A DNA stretch of 64,000 nt, taken from Polymyxa betae A26-41 (taxonomy: Eukaryota > Protista > Endomyxa: Phytomyxea). Location: the NCBI GenBank assembly GCA_003693705.1, contig RBZT01000754.1, positions 1-64,000 of the forward strand, written 5' to 3'. Of the stretch, positions 48,430 through 60,668 are shown piece by piece. The position numbers and the translations under genes are program-made. The notes beneath the pieces were generated by a model. That model ran no database searches, was not told where the DNA came from, and saw nothing but the letters and a program-made list of their open reading frames with translations. Positions within the stretch are counted from its first letter, which is position 1. Every line of letters begins with the position of its first letter.

Positions 48430-51400
48430 GGTATTTGATATCAATATGCTTAGAGCGTTCCTCGGTTCGAGCGTTGGTGGCAATAGAAATAATTGTCAGA
48501 ATAAATAGTTGTGGGATTGTTTTGCATATAACCAATTTCAGCTAAAAACTGAAGAATAGAGGTCTGACGTGATTCTTCAAACATGGAAACATATTCGGCC
48601 ATCGCAGACGAAGTATCCACAGCTGGTTTGGCCTTGCTCTTCCAACAAACAGGACGGTTGGCCATCTGAAAAACAAATCCGGTAATTGATCGACGAGTTT
48701 CAGGATCATGAGCAAAATTACTGTCAACAAAACCGATTAAATTTGGATGTTCTGAACTCCTCCGAAATTCCAAAGTCATTTCCATTGTGTCCACTATGTA
48801 TTGAAGAACACGCCTTGTCATTTTCCAGTGACCTATTACTGGCTTATGCATACACGGCACAACACTCCGACCGTCGGAGAAATGCCCGGTCCAGTCCGCG
48901 TTGATATCAAAAGAAGACTTCCAACAAGCGTCGCGTACGGAATGTTCTTCATCATAAGCTCTTCCTCTGGAGTCTTTGGTGAGTAAGAGAACGGCTCATC
49001 GGGCATGCTATGCGGAGTGGCGATTGGGTCTTCTGAGGGAGCAATATTAAACACCTGTAGATCCTCTATGTACGATTTTTGTTTAAGCCAAATCGATTTG
49101 CGATCTTGACTTCTCTGCACCTGCATTCTAAATTACGTTTTGGCTCACCAACATTAGCGATTTTAAACATCTTATTCATATCTGAAACCAATTTGTGACG
49201 CCTGGTTCGTCATTGTGTACCATTAATTGAGATCATCCACGAACAGGGAAAAATAATGACTTTCTCTCCGTTCCGTTTTACATAGACACATGGGTCAGAT
49301 TTAGAGTGCATGAAACCGGCGTCGTCGACACTAAACCTATTAAATGTCTCATTCCAGACCCTTCCGGCTTGGCGTAACCCGTATAATGCCTTCTTGAGTC
49401 GGCAAACAGCCTTCGGTTTTGTTATATCTTCATATCCGGGGGGCTGCTTCAAAAAAATCTCTTCTTTTAGATGTCCGTTGAGATACGCACTACGACGTCG
49501 ACTTGTCGTATATACAAGTTGTTCTCCACGGTTAAGGCCAGAAGGATTCGAAGTGATTCCTGTCGAATCACAGGTGCAAAAGTCTGGTCATAATCAATGC
49601 CGGCTCTCTGGGAGAAGCCCTGAATAACAAGCCTTGCCTTGATTTCTTCACAGTTCCGTTGCAGGAACGCTTAACACCCAGCGGCATCCGATGGGTTTGC
49701 GGCCGTTTGGTAAGTCTGTCAAATTCTAAATTTCTAAATGGGTCAGATTAGTGTACTCTTTCTGGATCGCAGAAGACAAGTATGCGCGATACGGATTATC
49801 GTCATTCAGTTCTTCTTCGATGGTGTTCGGAACCTGGACGTTCAACAACCCTTATAGTAGATGGTATTTGAGAAGATGTGGAAAGTATTCTATTTAAAAC
49901 ATTGAGAACGACTTTGCAAGGGAGGCTAATCATGTGGTCCACGATATTTAGTTGACGACGACTCCTTGGTGGGCGAAAATCACCGGTAAATAGCGATCGG
50001 GAAGCCTCGGCGTCCGAGAAGGTATCCTGTTTGATAACTGGCTGACAATAAGTTCCGGCTCTCCTCCGGAGTTTGGTTCGTGGCCTTCGGGAGTTGTATA
50101 AAACGTGTCATCAGATGTTAAACATTTCTCGACATTCGGAGTGGCAGCGTCAAAGGCAGGTTGTTCGCAGTATGGTGATTTTGACGGGTCATCTTGTCTG
50201 ATGAGTTCATCCAGACAATCGCTTTCGAGGTCGTCGCCATCCGAATCCCTATGGTCAGCACAGCAGGACTGAAGTTGCTTCCTCCGTCATCAGATTCTGT
50301 GTTCGAGTAGGAATAGTCGAAGTTGTCATTAGTATATTCCACCTGTGATGATATAGGTTCCATTCTGGTGTCATCCGAAGAAAACTTATCTTCCTCAAAC
50401 CGCTCATGAATCGCTGTGAAAATCTCCTTAGCAAACGCGTCCATCAGTTTGTAGCCCTTTTGTTGTTGAGCATATCCGATAAAGATCGCCGTCCGTGCTT
50501 TCTGTTCGAGTTTCCTACTTCGTCGCGACGGTATATACGCCCAGCATCTACAGCCAAACACGCGGAGTTTTAAAGCGGAGGGTTTGTAACCATAGAGGGC
50601 CTCATGTGGTGTCATTCCAGAGAACATTGTTCCATTGAGAAGTTGTCCGTGTTCTGTTTCGCAAATAGTTCGCGGTGCTGATGGCTTCTGCCCACAGTGA
50701 TTCAGGGTGCCCTGAATGGAAGCGCATGCTCTCGGCCATCTCCATAAGCGTACGGATTAATCTTTCTGTCATACCCATCTGTTGCTGGTTGTACGGAATT
50801 GAAGTTTCATGTATAATACCTTTCTCAGAACAGAACTGCTTGGCCTTCTTACATAAAAATTCCTTGGCGTTTTCTGTCCTCCAGATCCAAACGGACAAAG
50901 TATTTGAAGGTCTGAAAAATTAGACGTTTCCAGGTTAAATTTTTGTAATATCTGTAGGGCTTCGGGCTCGCGTCTTAGGAAATAAACCCAGTTATAAGAG
51001 GTAGCATCATCAACAAATGTCATAAAATACCGGTTACCGCAGAAAGAATGATGTGGCATCGGACCGCAGATGTCGCTCCAAACTCTATGTAGAGGTACAG
51101 GTGAACTTTCGTTTCTAGAATGGAATGGCGCTCGAGTCATTTTGGATTCTACACAGCTTTCACAGTTTTTGATATGTTCTTCCACTTCAGGGTTGGTGCT
51201 CTTGTAATCAACTCCGCTTACTGATTTTTCGAGCTCGGAGAGTAATCTTCCACGAATGTGTCCATTCCTGCAATGAACGATAAACTTCGAGACAGCTGCA
51301 GCAATAGCCGTAACTGAGCCGCCTTCTGTGTCTTCCAGAGTCGAGAAGTGATAAAGGTTATTATGTTTCTTGACACATGTAATAATTTGCACTTGAGAGG

Positions 51401-52550
51401 TTAAGACATAGCAGTAATCGCCGATAAAGAAAAACGCGATGCCTTTTGAGGTGCTTTGTCCAACAGAAATGAAATTCTAAGACAGATCGGGAATATGCAA
51501 GCTTTCGCTTAGCGAAAAGCACTGGTCGCCGATATCGATATTCGCAGTTCCTTCACCTTGTATATCAATGGCTTGACCATTTCCGATATGACCACTCTAT
51601 GATTTGAAAAGGTTGCGCTCTCGCATAGCGTGGCGGGACGCTTCGATGTCTATAATTGTCTCCGTAGGATTGTGCGTCTCCTTTCCGCATGCATTGATCG
51701 ACATGTACATTGACACTTGTGGTGTATTCGTCATATCAGGGCGCTTCTCTGGAAATTTGATCCAGCAATTCTCAGACGCGCGAAACCTGTGACCGCCTCC
51801 TTCTGTTTTGCAGTGCTCGCAACTCTGCCTGTTCTTGGAGGTTGGCTTGAGCGGATTGTATATGGTGGTTTCGCCTGGATAACTCCACTTCCCGGTTCAA
51901 TATCATTTGCGTGATGCGCTCAGTTGAAAGGGCATCGGCGTGGCTGTCCGCCGCGGCAATGACTGATCTGTACTGTCCGGGCCAACCTTGAGTCCGTGAA
52001 AAAACCGCTTTCGATGCCTCCTGAATTTCGCGAACAGCATCTTTTGCGCGACTTATGACGGCCTCACAGGACTCCTCAGGGAGTTTACGCATGTTTGCTA
52101 CAGTGCGGAATGTCTTCACTGTTGCGGCAGGAGTCTTCCTTAAATAATGAAATTTTAACCTCTTCCATAGTTCGTGAGCCGCTGTCGCGTTTCGATCGTT
52201 GATGAGGTTCAGGACAGAACCTCTGCGTCTGTTAAGGATCTTCGCTCGGGCTTTCATATCCATACGAATTCTCACTAGGTTTCGATCCAGCAGCGGAGCC
52301 GTTGTTGCAGCGGCGTTGCCGTCCTCATCACCTTCCTGTTCAGTGGCCTTTGAACTTAAATTAATCGCTTGTAGCGGAGCAATAGTGCTTAAGATTAATG
52401 TGGTCGGATCAATCGCGACAACGTGGTCGAGGTCCTTTTCGACCAGTAAGTTGTGATTCTTCTGGACCATCCAAGGAAGTTGTCCCCATCGAATTTAGGA
52501 ACTATGTCTTCGGTTTTCCCCATCTGCGAGAGAATGGGACTCTGAATCGA
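48430..52550 (-). mobile_element. Ty1/copia element G, degenerate, lying between the gypsy protease and RT segments
   Basis: gag start MGKTEDIVPKFDGDNF at 52523, WSDICGP, ERLIRTL, LRVFGC, LYGLRQAG, FVDSNFA and RRSITG motifs. LTRs not resolved. Confidence 0.88.
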
Positions 52551-52669
52551 GAAGGTTATCTAACTGTTTTATTTCCAAAAATAGGGAAGGGGAAAATAAG
52601 GGTCAGCGCGTCACAGAGCCCACGGTAACTGGCTGCATAAAAACGACAATGAAATAGGTAGTTACAGCA

Positions 52670-53760
52670 ATAAGTGAAACTTGATTAGCACCGCTATCCA
52701 AGATTGCAGGAACTCTTAATCCTGATCCGATTTGAGCCAAGATAATTCAGTCAGAGCTCAAGTTCAAGGCACAAACTATACAATACTTCAGATCTTTCTT
52801 GGCCTTTCTATTAACCGACTTCGGTTGCGGACACAAACGTTGTGGATGGCCTAATTGATGACAATCAAAGCAAGAGAGGTTCTTGCCTTTCTCCGGATCA
52901 ATATCTACAGATTTATTCTTGCCAGAACTGACAGACTCTGATCGCTGTCGTTTCGTAATGGGCTTGGTTGCCGCTGGCTCATTGTCCTGGCCTCTAGAGC
53001 CTTGGTCACTAGACCCATTCGACTTTCGTTGGTTAGCCTTTCCCAACCGTGAGAGCCGATGCTGCGCAGCCAATACACGATCATTTTCCACAGCGCGCTT
53101 CTTCAGCTTTTTAATACTGAGGCGGAGCTTCACGATTAATCACCAGCGCACCACTGTAATTATTGGAAGCTTGCGGCATAATCTAATCTTGAGCACCATC
53201 AGCAACAGCCTGCTGTTGCCCACCTTGAACATTCCCCCCTTGCTCAGGAAGGACTCTATCAGTTGCACTAGCCTGCTGATCATTGTCTTGAGGCATCTGA
53301 TCAATATTGTCCAGATTCATTATTGGCAGGGTCTGAATGACGTTCTCCAGGATGAGAGGCTGCCCAGTGTGCTGCCACTAAAGATATCTTTAAGGCAATC
53401 TACTAAATGCTTATGTTGAGATTGCAATGATGATTGCAGAATCATTAGAGGGATCCGTAAATTGCGTGAAACCTAAAGTTGTCAGCTGCGAAAGGGCTGT
53501 GAGTTGTGGACAGAATCGTAGCGCGCAACCCTCGCAGTTTCCACGCAAGTTCGTAGCCAAACTTGAAGGGCCACCAGATTTGGTAGTGCTCTGGATCTCG
53601 CTACGAGTTTGGTATCGGAAATGTTGCTCGGCGTAATGGTCGACTGTCTACCGAAGAGCATCCTCAACGGCAATGTCTGCTATAGCCTCTCCTCAATCTG
53701 AACTGTCTTCATTAGGGAAACGATGTCGCAATATTCTTCAGAATGAACAGCTTGCGTTGT
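52670..53760 (-). mobile_element. Ty3/gypsy gag-protease fragment, likely the same element as 46762-48420
   Basis: CFDCHQLGHPQRLC knuckle (ORF 52747-53133) and LDSGA protease motif near 52700. Confidence 0.72.
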
Positions 53761-53769
53761 TGATGTCTT

Positions 53770-54375
53770 ACTACCATTGCCATGATACAGCGAGACAATA
53801 AAAACTGTTATCCAAATTATTCCTGCAGCGGTTTGGAACAGGGTCGGACTGTACAGCAGGCTATATTGATAATTGTATTGAACTGATATCTAGATGATTA
53901 TCGATTTCAATCAATAGTATCCCGAGTGCAGTTTCCATGAGGAGCATCTCAAACACCGTGTAAAAGCAACGCTTAAGGAGCTGAACACAGGCACACCAAA
54001 TGCCAAAGAAGGCCAAACGATAGCACTTCAGAGCGACCAGTTCATCCAGAAGGTTAAAGAATATGAAACTTTCGCTCAACGAAACATCATTAACAAACGA
54101 ATGAAGCTGATCGAAAGCAAATGTGAGCTCCAGCAGCGCGTCAAGCAGACAAGTCAGAAAATTTGCAAGCGGATAAAATCAAGCCTATCGAACCTAAAAT
54201 CTCCAAGATGACACTTTTGCAGCAGCAAGTTGCCTCTGTGAAAGAAAAGGCAGACGAGCTCAAAACCGCAACGAAAGCGATTGCTAATCGATTGGATATG
54301 GAGCAGCTCAACATTTCGTTCCTGTTGGGAGTGTTCAGTAAAGAAGAAATGGAGCAAAGATCCGAAGTATTCTGA
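53770..54375 (+). pseudogene. Harbinger-like partner gene with SHOCT-like C-terminus
   Basis: VWNR..., YPECSFHEEHL, ending EQLNISFLLGVFSKEEMEQR. Convergent with the transposase. Confidence 0.6.
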
Positions 54376-54419
54376 AGTTATAGCCACGTGCTTCGCCGTC
54401 AATAAACTCTGATGCTTAA

Positions 54420-55550
54420 TTACAGTTTCGTTACGTAGATAATCTCCCTCCCAGCCAAAGATATCATCATCATCTGCCCGGTACTCTCCAACGTCAATGG
54501 AGAAATCGAGCGGCCTTTCATCATCCTATTTAACTTGCGTTTCATTGCTCCAATGCCCCATTCTACCTGGATTCGGTATCCGGCGTTCATCTCATTATAA
54601 GCGTTTATCACTGACAGTTCATTTTCATCAGCATCATCATGAATCTGCCGGCGATCAACCCTTCGCATTAATGAAGGTATTCCCCCATGTAACCTGGATC
54701 GCTTAAGAGATATCCTTGGCAATCTTCAGTTATAGTGAAGAAATTCTTCCAGTTGTCACTGATATCTGAATGCCTCAAACTGTTCGCCTCGTGGAAAGTT
54801 CCAGGGTATCCCGGATCAATGTGAATAAACAGACCTTGATGATCCACAACGACAATATTATTCAGGCAGTAAATCGACTTTCGACCATAATAGCACAGCT
54901 TGTGGTTTGCATTCTCGCCACCAGGTTTCTGAATCTTGCAGAGCGTACCATCGATGAATCCAATACTCCCGGAAATTCAGCTCTCGGGCTAATCTCGATT
55001 TTTTCTCAGCATCGGGTCAAACAAACTCGCGATCGCAAGCATAGTCATTACATGATGCTATAAATACAGCATCGTCACAAACAGGAACTCTTCGCCCAAT
55101 TCCATTGGAAAGCTTCGAATACTGTTGTATTATCGTGTTTCAGAAAAAGCAAAAAAGCCAACAGTCGTTGCTGAGAATTTAACTTCGGTGGTCATCCTGA
55201 ACCTGGAATTACGTCGCCAGTCGAACGAGCATGAGTATCAGTAATCGGGCAAACAATGGAAGAGAGCTCTTCAAATTCTGTCGTAGTAAAATTTGGTCAA
55301 GACTTTAAAAACTGATGGCACGATTCTCATCGTCTCCAGCACGTTTCTAACTCCTTATGCATGATCGACTGTTTGCTGACAGTCTTTGCATTTTAGCAAC
55401 TCGAAAACCGTTGCAGAAACGATTGAAAGGGCTTTAAAATGTTTGGCAATCAGTAAGTAATAGTCTAGCATGATGTCATCGCCAAATCCTGTCATCGCCA
55501 AATCCTGTCATCGCCAAATCCTGTCATCGCCAAAGTCTGGCATCGCCATA
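54420..55550 (-). pseudogene. PIF/Harbinger-type (DDE_Tnp_4) transposase, degenerate
   Basis: GFIDGT near 54955, VDHQGL..DPGYPG, and AGYRIQVEWGIG motifs. Confidence 0.82.
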
Positions 55551-55552
55551 CC
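55474..55552 (+). repeat. 16-bp tandem repeat TGTCATCGCCAAATCC (3 perfect and 2 degenerate copies)
   Basis: Read directly from the sequence. Confidence 0.92.
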
Positions 55553-55645
55553 ATTCTACATTGCCATAGCAACTCACAGCCAAATGCATAGATAAGCCTC
55601 TTCAAATACGGAATCCACATAAACTCGTAGTCTGCCACGCACTTT

Positions 55646-55868
55646 TGTCAGAACCGCTGTTGAACTCATAATTTAGTTACGGATCCCTCTATTATATTTG
55701 ATAGATTACAAGCACTTAAATATAGAATCGGAGAAGGCTCGGAGGCTGTCCAGTTCATCGGAGTTGAATATGCATCGGAGCCTATATTCATCGGAACAGG
55801 AGGTTAGCAGTCATCATTTCAATTAAATACTTCGATACTAGTCAATATATAGCGTAAATATTGATACA
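55646..55868 (-). repeat. Diverged gypsy LTR related to 16676-16865 and 38104-38291
   Basis: Shares the tatatt.gat.gatt.caagc and tagtcaa...gcgta.a.attga.aca blocks. Left boundary uncertain, no TSD. Confidence 0.5.
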
Positions 55869-55899
55869 GGCAGCATTCTGTCTAGAGACAGCACTCACA

Positions 55900-56130
55900 T
55901 AGTACGGCTTGGGTTGCAAGGAAAAGTTTACTGGAGCCACAAATGCCAGCTCGCGATGAACATGATTTTGACGTTTGATCATTATCGTCAGATTCGCGAT
56001 ATGATAGCAGGATGGCCAGGCTCTGTTCATGATACCAATGCCTGCGGATCTCGATTGGTTCAAAAGAGACTAGACAGGTTCTTTTCACCTGGGCAGTATC
56101 AGCTGGTTGACTCAGGGTTTACCATCACTA
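55900..56130 (+). pseudogene. Harbinger DDE_Tnp_4 transposase fragment of a different subfamily
   Basis: GWPGSVHD and FFSPGQY.LVDSGF motifs. Confidence 0.75.
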
Positions 56131-56768
56131 AGGCAGGTGCTTGTCCCATATCGGCAACCAGCCGCGATGAAGCATTTAATTGCGATGGCGATCTCTACGT
56201 GGCCTCTCTGTATGCATTAACAGCTGTTTTTAACACCATGATGAATGGTCAAACATCGTTTCTGTAACAATTCGAGATGAATCTCTGGATTGCGATTGGG
56301 ATGCCCTATATAGATCGCTAGAGTTACTCGCGATTTCGAAAGAGCGTTGATGACTGCGATCAAAGGTAAAAAATAGCTGACAGAACGGACGCGCTGAGGA
56401 GCGTTTGGTCAACAGACATTGATTATTTGCTGTCTGTTCCACGGGCAACAGGCCAACCGCAGGAACATTGAAAAAATGCAGGGAACGGAGCAGACGATTC
56501 ACAAATTAATAGAAACGTCCGCAAAGTAGGGTAATCATACGTTTGAGTTTGAAAAACAACGTTGCGGACTTGGAGAAGTGCGCGGGAGAATTTGCGGGCG
56601 CAGCCTTCTAATGTATCTTCAATCGAAAGTTAAAATGGCCTACAAGATACGTTTGTACGATTTTGGAAAACTACGCTAGTAGCAGCCCGTTTGCTGCGTC
56701 CGTAGAATTGCTAGAACTCGGTCTCCACCATTTCCTGGTCGTCTCTGGATCCTTTTATTCACGTCAAA

Positions 56769-57548
56769 ATGTCTGGAGTTGGAAAAGATTGCGTCGAAGT
56801 CCAACCAAGTGCTGTTTCAGCTCGGGCTGCTCCGATTAGTCCCGAACTCTTGGAAGGCCTTGTAAAGGCTTACCAGCAGCATTTTTCCGAATTCTGTAAA
56901 AGTAAATAAATCATTTTCCGTCTAAAACAACGATATCATTTGCGTTTATTATAGAATTCGGCAGACGTCCCAAACGATTAGCAAGGTCTGGGAAAGCGTG
57001 ATGAAAGACGTCTCCGAAGCGTTTTTTGATGAAAAGAAATCACCGACTCGAAACCGATCCGTCAGATGAAAGATAATTTTTGTGGATATTTGAAATCGCT
57101 CAACACCGTTACCGCGAACGTGGAAAACGATGCCAAGCCTGAATTGAAAAACATCGAAATTCTTACAGGGCTAAAGGAGTCTGATACCTACCGTTCTAGG
57201 GTCGTGCAGCAAACGCGTTCGACCTGATTACAGGCCATTCTCCTAAACGGCCAAAAAGGGACACGAACAAGGTCGTTAGTAATAGTTCTGACGGCGCCAA
57301 CGATTTTGAGCCCGAGCCTGATATCGATATGACTAAGAAAGAGAGTCGTTCACGGTCCACGATAGGACTTGAGTCTATAGCGAATAATTCCCTGTCGCAA
57401 ACCAGGTTACTATGAAGAAAGCGTCACAGCTCCAAACGCGTTTAAAAAATGAAATGCTGAACAAGGCAGCTTTGGAAGTCCTAATTTTGAAAAAGCAACA
57501 CAATTTGCTTACTGAAGAATTCCAGGCTCAAACAAATTTGCTTAATTA
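56769..57548 (+). pseudogene. Partner gene of the 56511-59090 element (probably one intron, SHOCT-like tail)
   Basis: MSGVG..LLEGLVKAYQQH, KVWESV, ending LEVLILKKQHNLLTEEFQAQTNLLN. Confidence 0.6.
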
Positions 57549-58896
57549 GCCGGGGCTCTTTATACCACCACAATAAATCAATTTCGCTTCCTCTTCATCA
57601 TCTCCTTCCCAAGCGCCGCCATCAATAAGACCTAAATCAATCAGCTGAAGATTAATTCTTCTCCGATGTTGAAAATTCGTTAGAATGCAGCAACAGCGCA
57701 TGATGATGTCGAATTTGGGCCGTCGATTGGAAATGTACATTGTAGGATTCGCCATTTCATCTTCAATCCTCCGATACCCCATTCCACCTGGAAACGCTTG
57801 CCAGCATGAAGTTTGTTGAATGCATTCAGCACCGGTCCATCAATCCCTACATCTTCCCTTTGGTCCACTCGGCGCATTATAAACATGTCTGCCCCGATAT
57901 ATCCAGCTGCATCGTATTTAGTTAAAACCGGAATAAAAATTCAGCTTTCTTACGGTCTCCCAACAGGTATTCAAAATAATCTTCATCGCCGACCGTGAAG
58001 TGATGACGCCAGTTACGATACAGATCGGATTGTTTGAGAATGGTGTCGTTCTGATATGATCCAGCGTAACCTGGGTCAATGTAGATAATCAATCCATCAT
58101 GGTCCACTGCAATGGTGTTGTTAAAGCCATAGATCTTTTTTCGCCTGGTAATATTTGCCGGGCGGTGGATCTTCACCAGAGTCCCGTCTATGAACCCGAG
58201 GCAACCATAAAAGAAAGGTTCTCTAAGCGCTAGCTCACGGCGTCTCTGCTCGTTTGGCCATTGGATTTCGTTAGCCAACGTGCGATTTATCAACTCAGCG
58301 ATAAAGATAGAGTCATCACATGCAGAAGATCTGGAGAAATCCATCGCGCTGCTTCATCACGACACGCTTGTTTCTACATACAGCTGAGAATGGCTGGAAT
58401 GCAGAAAAAGCACATTTACATTTCGCAGAAACAGAACTGTAGCTGGAAGTCTCTGCTCGACAGTAAGTTTCGGAGGGCGGCCACTTTTAATATGCTGCTC
58501 TCCCGTTAGACGCGAGGTATTGGCTATAACAGGAAACATGACATCACAAAGCTCCTGGAAATTTATTAGACATCTTATAAACTACACAGATATTTCACTA
58601 ACACGCCACTGATTCAAAGTGAAACCAGAATGGTTATAGAATATGGACGCAGGTCCAGAAACGATCCTTTCTAGAACATCATAAACAGGATGACGGATGT
58701 CAACGCTGAAATCTCCTTCAAGATGAACCTGCAGTTTGTCGTCATCGAGATCTTGCAATTCTAACGCTAGGGCGCATGCTTGCGCATTCAAGTTATGACT
58801 TGACACAAAAAACGATATATCTTGCACCAGAGCGTAGTCGTCCTCGCTGGTTTCGCCATCAGAAAACCCAACCGGATCAACGAGGGCTTGATTCAT
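57546..58896 (-). pseudogene. PIF/Harbinger-type (DDE_Tnp_4) transposase
   Basis: SGFTL..W, GRPPKL, CLGFIDGTL, VDHDGL..IDPGY, YLLGD and FQVEWGIGG motifs. Confidence 0.9.
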
Positions 58897-59927
58897 GTTG
58901 GAGTCGTAGCAGCAGCGTCCAGAGCGAGCGAACAAGCGACAGCAAAACCGACGGAGTCCGTAGAGCGCAGCCTAGTATCAACGTAACTTTCAACATATGT
59001 TGTATTAGAGCGACTTTACGGACGTTTTTGGTTTGAAAGTAACTTTGGAAAAGGGCGTGAGAAAGATACGTTGACTTTGCGGACGTCACTTATGCAGCCT
59101 GACATTCTGACGGTAATTCCACAATAAGAGATATGCACAGTTGGATTTCAGTATATCCCTCAGAGGCTGAGGCTATCTGAGGACGATGAAATTATAAAGA
59201 TGGAATCGTTCTTTGAGTATCTCCCTGCTACATGGATGAGAAGATTGTCTCCCGCAACTTGGATTATTCATAATCATATCAACCATCGAGAACTCGATAA
59301 CCGCACTAGCAACGCTCTGGAGACTTACAACAGGCATCTGAACCACATGTTCACAGGAAAGGGTCATCCGAATATTCTTGAGGAAGTGCTCGAGAAGTAT
59401 CAAGATCGCCAGGCCGGGCGAGTAAGGTCACCAAGACACGATTCAACATTTTTACCAGATTCAGCTAAAATCTCAGTCGATTATCGAGCATTCCGCCTGA
59501 TTAATCTCTTGCTTGCCGTTCAATTCAAATTTCAAAAAGGAATGAGATCCTTCAGATTCGGTTGATCTAAACACTTGCAGGTATGTTCAGAGGCTGTTCC
59601 AGCTGTTGCACCACTCTCGCAAGAACCCCAATAAGATAGATGCTGGAGATAGTGTTGTCAAATAGTAATGTTATTATCAATTCTAATTTCTTCCAGGGTA
59701 GCTCCGCGGTCCATGATGTTGGATGCTATAAAAGTAGTTGTTTTTAAGAGCAGGAGACGTTTCAATTGTAATCCAAAAAATGGAAGTGTCTGTATTTCTG
59801 TAATTAGTGTTGGATTTGAATCTTGAGGTCTTGACCGGAAGAGGCCATCCAACAATTGGTGAGTCACTGATGAGAAGCAAGACGCTTGTCATTGACTAAT
59901 TTGATTCCAATACGCCCCCTCAGTTAA

Positions 59928-60607
59928 GTGGTCGTAGAACTCTTAGCTGGATACGATGAATGGAGTTGGCCATCTGAATCGGAGCGCTCTATTTCCGCTC
60001 AAGTAATTCCTGGCTTCGACGGATGTGTAGGGTTTATCGACGGCACGCTTATACCAATCAGGCGTCCCTCCAATGTTGACAGTGATAGACCATGGTATCA
60101 TGGACGAAAGTCCATGTATTGCTTAAACATAACGGTGGGGATTGATCACCGTGGTTTATTTATTTACATAGACACTGGATATAGAGGATCCTTTGATGAT
60201 GTAAACTGCCTTCGGCAGTCTGATCTTTACAACAACTGGCGACATACTTCACTCACCGCGATGATTATTTTGAATATTTATTAGGCGATCCTGGTTACGT
60301 GGGAGAGATGTTTATAATGCGGCGAATAGGGCGCAAAGAGATCCCTGAAGACGGCAACGTAGATGTGATTGACGCTTTCAACGCTATGCATGCGGGATAC
60401 CGCGTTCGCGTTGAATGGGGCATTGAGGGTTTCAAACGAAAATGGAAAATATTCATGAAGACGTTTGAATCATCACGAGAAAGATTTCCTCATCTTTTTC
60501 GCAGTGTAGCAATACTGACCAACTTTCAGCAACGACGACCACTGGATATGACCGCTGAATTGGAGGAAGGCCTGGAACAGAATATTGGCTGGGATGTTGC
60601 AGAATAA
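59928..60607 (+). pseudogene. PIF/Harbinger-type (DDE_Tnp_4) transposase, 5'-truncated, one frameshift
   Basis: CVGFIDGTL, WYHGRK, LLGDPGY and RVRVEWGI motifs. Confidence 0.9.
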
Positions 60608-60668
60608 ACGACCAGAACGCTAAGTGTTGATAGTCGCTATGTGTTGATAGTCGGGAATAAATTTATAA

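Larger units (their letters stand above)
56511..59090 (-). mobile_element. Full-length Harbinger-like (PHIS) element, 2580 bp, with two convergent genes
   Basis: TIRs AGAAACGTCCGCAAAGT / ACTTTGCGGACGTCACT (15/17 match), flanks AAT / TAT. The empty site is visible in the MULE paralog near 22156. Confidence 0.88.
56165..59600 (+). pseudogene. Third copy of the 21-kb MULE family, split by the 56511-59090 insertion
   Basis: 56165-56510 and 59091-59600 are collinear with ~21750-22650 and join at ...acaaattaat|tatgcagcct. Confidence 0.85.

Noticed and set aside
52706-52724. CAGGAACTCTTAATCCTG as a tRNA-Lys arm or PBS
   Set aside because: The stem is out of register, there is no tRNA body or adjacent LTR, and it lies in gypsy protease-coding sequence.
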